Of a stretch of DNA of 64,000 nucleotides, positions 25,601 to 36,700 are shown one piece after another. Below the pieces are notes generated by a model. The model saw only the letters and a program-made list of their open reading frames with translations, had not been told where the DNA came from and did not search any database. This stretch comes from Octopus sinensis (Eukaryota), in the NCBI RefSeq assembly GCF_006345805.1, contig NC_043023.1, forward strand, positions 7,006,001 through 7,070,000. Reading direction: 5' to 3'. Made by a program: the position numbers and the translations under genes. The stretch's first letter is position 1. The number at the start of each line of letters is the position of its first letter.

Positions 25601-28431
25601 TTTTCATAGAAAAAAATGCACCATTTTGATGTAAAAAATTTTTGGTGTTAGCATGGTCCAATTTGAATTTTTTCTCCTATGGAATGAAGAGCAAGCCTTC
25701 TTCTATCATACTCTCAATTTTGGTTAACTTGTGCCACAGGGTCTCGGAGGAGATAGTGTTAATTGAAGGCTACCAAACCTGCCACACACACACACATAAC
25801 TTCAGCTTTATATATATATATAAATTTATCTTCTATCCTCAGATACCCGAGAAGATTGTCCAGTCAGCTGCTCATTTACTGCTTTCTCTGATGGTCACTG
25901 TACGGCCGTCCTATCTACTACAGATGACCGCTGTCCACAACCTTTACTCACAGATTGGCCACGGACACTGTAAGGACATGCCACAGGAGGTTAGTACCAG
26001 AGTTTTGTTGTTGGTTTTTGCCCCAAGTTAGTCCTGATCCACCAGGCCTATTATCAAAGACGTTCCAACTGTGACCATCTTGTCTTTAGTTCAAACATAA
26101 CGGAGCACTCCGTCAGTTATGATGACAAGGGTTCCAGCTGATACGATCAACGGAACAGCCTGCTCGTGAAATTAATGTGCAAGTGGCTGAGTACTCCACA
26201 GACATGTGTACCCAGAATGTGACAAGGCTGGCCCTTTCGAATTACAGGTACAACTCATTTTTGCCAGCTGAGTGGACTGGAGCAACGTGGAATAAAGTGT
26301 CTGGATCAAGGACACAACGCGTCGCCGGGATTTGAACTCATGACCTTACAATCGTGAGCCGAATGCCCTAGCCACTAAGCCACGTGCCTTCACAATTCTA
26401 ACATAGTGTATCTAGGACTACATTAACTAAAGTATAATATAGTAGTTAGTATCAGTGGCTATAGTTGTTGCTTAGCCCTAGGTCAGGCCTGATCCAGCAG
26501 ACCAATGATCGAAGATGCTCCAGCTGTGACCACCCTGTCTTTAATTTAAATTTAGTTTAGCTAAGCCTACACCTTATCTAATGTATAGTATAGTAATTTG
26601 TATTAGGAGCTCTAGTTGTTGCTTAGCCCTAGGTCAGGCCTGATCCAGCAGACCAATGATCAAAGATGTTCCAACTGTGACCATCCTGTCTTTTATTCAG
26701 GCATAGTGTATCTAGGACTACATTATCTAATGTATAGTAGTAAGTATTAGGGGCTCTAGTTGTTGTTTAGCCCCAGATCAGTCCAGAATTTATAGACCTA
26801 TAATCAAGGGTGTGCCATCTGTCACCATCCTTTCCTTATATTCAGGCATGGTGTATCTAGGACTACATTATCTAATGTATAGTATATTAGTGGCTATAGT
26901 TGTTGTTTAGCCCCAGGTCAGACCTGATCTATCAGACCTGTGATCAAAGATGTTCCAGCTGTGACCATCTCATCTTATATTTAAACATAGTGTATCTAGG
27001 ACTACATTATCTAATGTATAGTATAGTAGTGAGTAATGTTGTTGTATTGCCTTGGTTAGCTCAGCTGAAGCTGACTTATAATCAAAGGCGTTCCAACTGT
27101 GACCATCCCATCATTTATTCCAACATGGAGTATCTATGACTACATGTTCTCATGTATAGTAGTTAGTATTAGTGCTTATGGTTGTTTAGCCCAATGTCAG
27201 TCCTGGTCCGGTAGATCTGTGATCAAAGATGTTTTGCCTATCACCATCCTGTCTCTTATTGATGCATAGTATATCTAGGACTACTTTATCTAATGTGTCC
27301 TCTTTTCCAGATGTTAGTGTGTGATATGAGGGTGATTTGACAACTATTTCTAGCTAAACCCGTGGAGCAGTCCCATAGACATTTCCTTGTACTTGTATCA
27401 TCATCATCATTGTTTAGCATCCGCTTTCCATGCTGGCATGGGTTGGACGGTGCAACTGGGGTCTGGGAAGCCAGAAGGCTGCACCAGGCCCAGTCTGATC
27501 TGGCAGTGTTTCTACAGCTGGATGCCTTTCCTAACACCAACCACTCCATGAGTGTAGTGGGTGCTTTTTACATGCCAGACGAGGCTGGCAAATGGCCACG
27601 ATCAGATGGTGCTTTTTACGTGCTACCGGCACGGAGGCCAGTCGAGGCTGGCAACGGCCACGATCGGATGGTGCTTTTTACGTGCCATTGGCATGGAGGC
27701 AGTCGGGGCGGCGCTGGCAATGGCCACGTTCGGATGGTTCTCTTATGTGCCACCGGCACTGGTATCACAGCTACGATTTCCATTGATGTTGATCGATTTT
27801 GATTTTGTTTTTGTATATGTATGTGTTTGTGTGTGAGAGAAAGAGCTAACACAAATTTATTTATGAACCTTTCTATCTGGTTTCAATCCCTGGCAGGTGC
27901 AGTTGTTGTTGTACAGAGCTTTGTCACACTATCTACTATTGCCGTGGCCACACCTCTCCGACACTGACCAGGACTGGGAGAAAAGAGCAGCCTACCATCG
28001 CGATTTTACGCGGCAACTTACGTTAGAGTTCTGCCAACTGAGGGATACGCAGGCGCTTGTGGAAAACAAGGCCTTACAGGAGAGTGGTGAGTAGTGGTGC
28101 TAGTGTTGTTGTGGTGTAAAGACATCATTATGTGTGTGTGGCATGGAAAGATTTTCTGATTTGGGGAAACTTTGGGGTGTCAGAAAAATTCGTTCTCTCT
28201 TTTTTTCTTTACTCTTTTACTTGTTTCAGTCATTTGACTGCGGCCATGCTGGAGCACCGCCTTTTAGTCGAGCAAATCGCCCCCAGGACTTATTCTTTGT
28301 AAGCCTAGTACTTATTCTATTGGTCTCTTTTGCCAAACCGCTAAGTTACGGGAACATAAACACACCAGCATCGGTTGTCAAGCGATGTTGGGGGGACAAA
28401 CACAGATACACAAAGATATACACACATACAT

Positions 28432-28488
<57 letters not shown>

Positions 28489-31400
28489 CAGGCTTCTTTC
28501 AGTTTCCGTCTACCAAATCCACTCACAAGGCTTTGGTCAACCCAAGGCTATAGTAGAAGACACTTAACCAAGGTGCCACGCAGTGGGACTGAACCTCCGG
28601 AACCATGTAGTTCGTAAGCAAACTACCTACCACACAGCCACTCCTTTGCCTTCATTTTTTTTCCCATTTATTTTAATCCTTATTTTTCTGGTTGTGAGGT
28701 AAGAAGGTTGCTTCCCAGCCATATGATTTCCAAGTTCAGTCCCACTGTGTGGCACCTTGGGCAAGTGTCTTCTACTATAGTCTCAGACCGACCAAAACCT
28801 TGAGAGTGGATTTGGTAAACAGAAATGAAAGAAACCTGTTGTGTGCGTGTGTGTGTATATATAATATGTACATATTTATATTTATGTGTGTCTGTCATTG
28901 TGTCTGTTTGACCCCCAGCACTGCTTGACAACCAGTGATGGTGTGTTTGTATCCTCTCAACTTAGCAGTTTGACAAAAGGGACCAATAGAATAAGTACCA
29001 GGGTCAAAGTTGGTAACAAAAACAGAACAGTGAACACAAACAGGAAGGGCTGCTAAGCCTAAACAAAGTGAGGTAGAGAATGCGGAGAAGCAAGCTTGGA
29101 CAGGAGACAGACAAGAATATGTGTGATTTGTCTAGCTGTATCAGGAGGAAAGAAAGAATGATGGCCGATGGTCACAAGAGAGCAAAGGCGAAAGAGTGAG
29201 GGAAAGAGAGTGACAGACAGAGAACGGCGAAGGGGAGAGAAAAAATTAGAGAAAGGTTAAGAGAGAAAAAAATTAGAGAAAGGATAAGAGAGAAAAAAAC
29301 GAGAGGGGGAGAAGGGGAGATAGAAAGAGTTAGAGAGAAGAAGAGAGAAAATGAAAGAGTGATAAAATAGGAGAGTAATAGAATAGAAAGTGTCACCCTT
29401 TGGTCAGGATTGACCATGAGATTTCACTGAGAAAGTTACCCTCCAAGGCACAAATTTGGGCAAGGTTGTTTATGGAAGACCAGCAGTCGTCCATGCATAC
29501 CAGCCTCCCTTCTCCATACCACCAATGTTATCCAAGGGAAAGGCAAAGGCTGATACAGTTTGGTACCAGTGATGTCACAACTCATTTCTACAGCTGAGTG
29601 AACTGGAGCAATGTGACATAAAGTGTCTTGCTCAAGAACACATCACATAGCCCAGTTCGGAAATTGAACTCACTACCTCATGGTTGTGAGCCTGACACTC
29701 TAACCACTGGACCATGTGCCTTTATTGTATTATATATATACTAGCAGTATCGCCCGGCGTTGCTCGGGTTTGTAAGGGAAATAACTATACAGCATTTTTA
29801 GAGAGTTATAGCCAAAAAATAGCAAAAAAAATGCATTAAAAATGGAAAAAAAATGAGGGGTAAATTTTTTTTAAAAATCGTTGACTCATCGTAGACATTT
29901 TTAGAGAGTTACTTCCCTTATATAATAGCGAAAAAAATGCATTAAAATGGGAAAAAATGATGGTAAATTTTTTTTTAAATCGTAGACTCATCGTAGACGC
30001 GCGCTAATACCCGGAAGGGCTCGATATGAATCACGACTATAAGATACCCGGTTTTGGTTAAACTGCACCGCAAAATGTGGGAGTAAGGAATCTAAATCGA
30101 AGGAGACAGACACTCACACAACTACAGTTTTATATATACTCTCTCTCTCTCTTTTACTCTTTTCAGTCATTTGACTGCGGCCATGCTGGAGCACCGCCTT
30201 TAGTCGAGCAAATCAACCCCGGGACTTATTCTTTGTAAGCCCAGTACTTATTCTATCGGTCTCTTTTTGCCGAACCGCTAAGTGACGGGGACGTAAACAC
30301 ACCAGCATCGGTTGTCAAGCAATGCTAGGGGGACAAACACAGACACACAAACACACACATATATATATACATACATATATACGACAGGCTTCTTTCAGTT
30401 TCCGTCTGCCAAATCCACTCACAAGGCATTGGTCGGCCCGGGGCTATAGCAGAAGACACTCGCCCAAAGTGCCACGCAGTGGGACTGAACCCGGAACCAT
30501 GTGGTTGGTTAGCAAGCTACTTACCACACTGCCACTCCTGCGCCTATATATATTTATATATATAGATGTGTGTAAATAAATAAATATGATTGTGTGTGTA
30601 TATCTTTTTATTGATCTTTCTGTCCACAGCCAAGTGCCTGATCGAGAACACGCTAAAGATGTGCCAGGATTGGATCGAGAACATTGCTTCGGAGTCAAAC
30701 AAAAGCAAACAGATATGTTACCAATCCCTACACGAGATTGTCCAGGTGACGCTGGCCATTTTTCCAGTCTACATACACCAACCAGGTGCGTATTGATCTG
30801 CTCTCCTCTCCTCTTTTCTCCTCCCTGCTCTGTCTTATCATTCCCGAGGTATCATCCCGTTCACTTTGGCTGTTGAATTTATATTTGGATTTATGGAGAA
30901 CCGTTTCATTTCTAGAAACTGTTTCATCTTTTCCTACCTTGTCCTGTCTACAGTAATTGTTGAGGAGTTCAGTGTCATTTCTGAACACTGGTTGATGTTG
31001 CTGCTGAATAATAATAATAATAATAATAATTATTATTATTATTGTGCAGTCTTCTAGCACCTACAGAGTATCTCAACAGGCATGATAGAGCTGCACAATA
31101 TATTCACTGGGTAATCTGCAAAAACCTGGATTTGCCCCATGAAAAAAACTGGTGGGAACACAAACCACCTTCAGTGCTTGAAAATGACCACATCTCACTC
31201 CTCTGGAACTTCCCCATTCAAACTGACAGAAAGATAGATGCAAATAGGCCAGACATCATATTGAAAGACTTCAACAAAGAACATGCCTCCTCATTGATAT
31301 GACTGTCCCAATCGATATAAACGTATCTGTCAAGACCTACCAAAAACTGAGCAAATATAAAGATCTTGAAATAGAAATCAGCAAAATGTGGAAGCTGAAG

Positions 31401-33137
31401 ACTAAAACAATACCTGTTGTCATAGGTGCCCTGAGAATGATAGCGAAAGGGGCTGATCGCTACCTAACTCAGATACCAGAAACCCCAAAATGGCAGAAAT
31501 CCAAAAGATAGTGCTCATGGAACTGCTCATATCCTATGCAAAATACTCTCTATGTAATCCTAAGGTTTAAAACAAACTTACTTTTTTTTTTTTTGACATT
31601 CACTAGTACAACACTAAATACAAAATCAAATATATGGCACACTAGGCATAACAACATCACGAACTTCCAACCTGTTGTCTCTTGAGGTCTCTGGGTGAGA
31701 CTTGGAGCCAACTTGTACAAATATAAAGCAAAAGTCAAATATAGAATAATAATAATAATGATGATAATGAAAATAATAAATGTACAAATATAACAAGTAC
31801 AAAACTCCCAATAGGAGGAGGTGCTTTGAAAGGTTACTCTTGGAAAAACCTATAAAAACCATGGGTACCTGATCAAACGGGACAAGAGCCCCTTCTCCTT
31901 TTATATTACTTTTTACAGGTATAATCTGAGAATAGACCCATCCATACTGGCCATTCTTCTAACATTCACCCACCTTTCAACAAATTTGCTACAAGACAAC
32001 ACCTCAATAATAAGTTTAAGGTCAAACAATGGACAAGCAAATCTGTGGTATTGAACAGAATATTTGCTGTAATAATAATATAATAATAATAATAATTATT
32101 ATTATTATTGTGCAGTCTTCTAGCACCTACAGAGTATCTCAACAGGCATGATAGAGCTGCACAATATATTCACTGGGTAATCTGCAAAAACCTGGATTTG
32201 CCCCATGAAAAAAACTGGTGGGAACACAAACCACCTTCAGTGCTTGAAAATGACCACATCTCACTCCTCTGGAACTTCCCCATTCAAACTGACAGAAAGA
32301 TAGATGCAAATAGGCCAGACATCATATTGAAAGACTTCAGACAAAGAACATGCCTCCTCATTGATATGACTGTCCCAATCGATATAAACGTATCTGTCAA
32401 GACCTACCAAAAACTGAGCAAATATAAAGATCTTGAAATAGAAATCAGCAAAATGTGGAAGCTGAAGACTAAAACAATACCTGTTGTCATAGGTGCCCTG
32501 AGAATGATAGCGAAAGGGGCTGATCGCTACCTAACTCAGATACCAAGAAACCCCAAAATGGCAGAAATCCAAAAGATAGTGCTCATGGGAACTGCTCATA
32601 TCCTATGCAAAATACTCTCTATGTAATCCTAAGGTTTAAAACAAACTTACTTTTTTTTTTTTTGACATTCACTAGTACAACACTAAATACAAAATCAAAT
32701 ATATGGCACACTAGGCATAACAACATCACGAACTTCCAACCTGTTGTCTCTTGAGGTCTCTGGGTGAGACTTGGAGCCAACTTGTACAAATATAAAGCAA
32801 AAGTCAAATATAGAATAATAATAATAATGATGATAATGAAAATAATAAATGTACAAATATAACAAGTACAAAACTCCCAATAGGAGGAGGTGCTTTGAAA
32901 GGTTACTCTTGGAAAAACCTATAAAAACCATGGGTACCTGATCAAACGGGACAAGAGCCCCTTCTCCTTTTATATTACTTTTTACAGGTATAATCTGAGA
33001 ATAGGTCCATCCATACTGGCCATTCTTCCAACATTCACCCACCTTTCAACAAATTTGCTACAAGACAACACCTCAATAATAAGTTTAAGGTCAAACAATG
33101 GACAAGCAAATCTGTGGTATTGAACAGAATATTTGCT

Positions 33138-33173
<36 letters not shown>

Positions 33174-33718
33174 CCCTGATGCAGTACAAGACAGTGGTTC
33201 TCATGGCTTCTGATCTTAGCTGATTGGAAGTGTTATCATGTACATTGTTTTGCCTTGGTATAAAAGATGGGCTACAGCAAATATTCTGCTCAATACCACA
33301 GATTTGCTTGTCAGTTGTTTGACCTTAACCAGTTGAGCATGTCCCTTAGTGGCTGACGATATGTGTATCTCTGATCATGAGCAGAAGTAGTGGGGGAGCA
33401 TCATAGCCATGTGTTGAGAGGAATTCTTGGAGGTTTGGATAATTCACCTTTGGAAACATGGGTGTTTTGTTCAACATCCTTAAACAACCCTCATTCAGGG
33501 ACCTTTTGAGCAGGATGGGCTACTTGACCAGAAGAAAATTCTAACTGGGTCCCACCTGCAAGGTCATGTGCTGTTTACCTTGATATGAGATCACCATGTC
33601 ACACACATATGGTTGTGATGCATGTGCCTGGTGTACCCTTATCAGACGGGTAGTCATGATGGGCTTCGTATATTTTACCCCAGTGTCACTTTGATGGCAT
33701 GCACTGCTCTCTCACTCA

Positions 33719-33749
<31 letters not shown>

Positions 33750-36700
33750 AAATAATAAATGCCCTGATAACAAAGAAAATATAACAAGTACAAAACTCCC
33801 AATAGGAGGAGGTGCTTTGAAAGGTTACTCGTGAAAAAACCCATAAAAGCCATGGATACCTGATCAAATGGGGCAAGAGCCCCTTCTCCTTTTATATTAC
33901 TTTTTACAGGTATAATCTGAGAATAGGTCCATCCATACTGGCCATTCTTCCAACATTCACCCACCTTTCAACAAATTTGCTACAAGACAACACCTCAATA
34001 ATAAGTTTAAGGTCAAACAATGGACAAGCAAATCTGTGGTATTGAACAGAATATTTGCTGTAATAATAATAATAATAATGCCCTGATGCAGTACCAGGCA
34101 GTGGTTCTCATGGTTTCTGATCTTAACTGATTGGAAGTGTTATCATGTACATTGTTTTGCCTTGGTATAAAAGATGGGCTACAGCAAATATTCTGCTCAA
34201 TACCACAGATTTGCTTGTCAGTTGTTTGACCGTAACCAGTTGAGCATGTCCCTTAGTGGCTGACGATATGTGTATCTCTGATCATGAGCAGAAGTAGTGG
34301 GGGAGCATCATGGCCATGTGTTGAGAGGAATTCTTGGAGGTTTGGATAATTCACCTTTGGAAACATGGGTGGTTCGTTCAACATCCTTAAACAATCCTTG
34401 TTATTTTCGATGTTATTATTACTGGCAGTATAGCTCGGGTTTGTTTTTTAGTTGCACTTAAAACGGCAGACTTTGATGTTGCGTTAACAAAATTTTGACA
34501 AAGTTTCAATATTTTTTGAAAAGTAAATATTTTGCATTATGTAGCTTGTTATTCTCTTTAGGTGAACATTTTTCTGGTTGAAATACACCGAAAAATGACG
34601 ACACAGCAATGAAAAAATCGTAAAAAATAGGGATTTTCATAGAAAAGAAGCACCTTTTTGATGTAAATAATTTTTGGTGTTAACATGGTCCGATTTGAAT
34701 TTTTTTACCTTCTACAGAATGAAGAGCAAGCCTTCTTCTATCATACTCTCAATTTTGGTCAACTTGCGCTGCAGGGTCTCAGAGGAGATAGTGTTAGTTG
34801 TGATGCATGTGCCTGGTGTACCCTTATCAGACGGGTAGTTATGATGTGTACACTGGGCTTCGTATATTTTACCCCATGTCACTTTGATGGCATGAACTGC
34901 TCTCTCACTCAATAATAATAATAATGATAATAATAATAATTGTTTCCTGCTTGTTCTTTTGCAGATACTGCTGACCATATTCTCAGTTTCTTTCTGGCCG
35001 TCTTCCAAGGTTTGCGGGTACAAATGGGTGTGAACTTCACCGAAGGAATCATCCAGACGTTTATGGGTTTATTTACGAGGTGAGTAACTTTCACGTTTTT
35101 CTGGGTTTTTTTTTCTCCAGCGTTGCCAGAGCGGCTAACTGGCTTTCGTGCCGGTGGCACGTAAAAGGCACCATTCGAGCGTGATCATTACCAGCGTCGC
35201 ATTACTGGCACCTGTGCCGGTGGCATGTATAAAAAGATTCAAGCGAGGTCGTTGCCAGTACCGCCTGACTGGCCCTCGTGCCAGTGGCATGTAAAAGCAC
35301 TCACTACACTCTCAGAGTGGTTGGCATTAGGAAGGGCATCCACCTGTAGAAACACTGCCAGATCAGACTGGAGCTTGGTGCAGCCATCTAGTTCACCAGT
35401 CTTCAGTCAAATCATCCAACCCATGCCAGCATGGAAAACGGACGTTAAACGATGATGATGGTGGTGTAATGCATAAACTTTACATTTGACAGAATTATCT
35501 TTTGATGGGGGATTTTTCAGATTTTTTTTTTCACAGTACCCTTCAAAATAATCTGGAGTATCTCTTTAACAGTAAAAAAAAATTTTTTGGAAAATGTTTT
35601 TCTCCTACCCCCTCTCCACTACTGTCCATCTTCCCCTCTCCGGACTGATTTCAGTCGATTTTTTTGGAAGAGTAAAAATTTTGCATTATGTAGCTTGTTA
35701 TTCTCTTTAAGTGAACATTTTTCTGATTGAAATACACTGAAAAATGGCAACAAAGCAGTAAAAAAAATCGTAAAAAATAGGGATTTTCATAGAAAAAAAG
35801 CACCTTTTTGATGTAAATAATTTTTGGTGTTAACATGGTCCAATTTGAATTTTTTCTTCTACGGAATGAAGAGCAAGCCTTTTTCTATCATACTCTCAAT
35901 TTTGGTCAACTTGCACTGCAGGGTCTCGGAGGAGATAGTGTGAGTTGAAGGCTACCAAACCTGCCACACAGACAACTTCAGCTTTATATGTATAGATTAT
36001 TATTATTATTATTGAAGGCGGCGAGCTGGCAGAAACGTTAGGACGCGGGGCGAAATGCGTAGCCGTATTTCGTCTGCCATTACGCTCTGGGTTCAAATTC
36101 CGCCGAGGTCGACTTTGCCTTTCATCCTTTCGGGGTCGATTAAATAAGTACCAGTTACGCACTGGGGTCGATATAATCGACTTAATCCGTTTGTCTGTCC
36201 TTGTTTGTCCCTTCTGTGTTTAGCCCCTTGTGGGTAGTAAAGAAATGTATTATTATCATTATTTTTGAGGTCACTGCTTGGAATTGAACTCGGAATCTTG
36301 GAGGTAGTAGCCAGCGCTCTTAACCACTACGCCATGTGCCCTTGGGCATAAATATACAACTCTTAAATATTGAACTGAAAAAATGTGTGATTAAAGGGAG
36401 ATTTGGCTGTTGTTTCTAGCATATCCACTGATCACCTTCCTCATTTAAATTTTGTGAATTTCTGCAATTTTCAGGGAGCAGCTGACGGAGAACATATTAC
36501 ACGAAAACTCTGCAGGATGCCGAGTTGTGGAAAAGTGAGTAGATCTGTTTTTGTGTCAGTCTGTTTCTGAAGCATGAGTAGGTTGTATATGTATGTCTTT
36601 TGTCTCTCAGTCATAGGACTGTGGCCATGCTAGAGCATTGCCTTGAATGGTTTTAGCTGAACAATACCCCAGTATTTTTTTATTTTCCAAGCCTCTTGCT

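Noticed and set aside
15028-25661. Dozens of repeated 60-100 aa ORFs (MVLTWSDLNFF.., MKIPIFYDFL..)
   Set aside because: Chance frames in the Helitron monomer, disrupted inconsistently between units, with no recognisable domain.
14480-25824. CRISPR-like or tandem RNA-gene array
   Set aside because: Units are identical along their whole length with no unique spacers; no tRNA, 5S or snRNA motifs; eukaryotic intron context.
29180-29390. Long polypurine (GA-rich) tract
   Set aside because: Ordinary degenerate (GA)n microsatellite with nothing specific beyond generic triplex potential.
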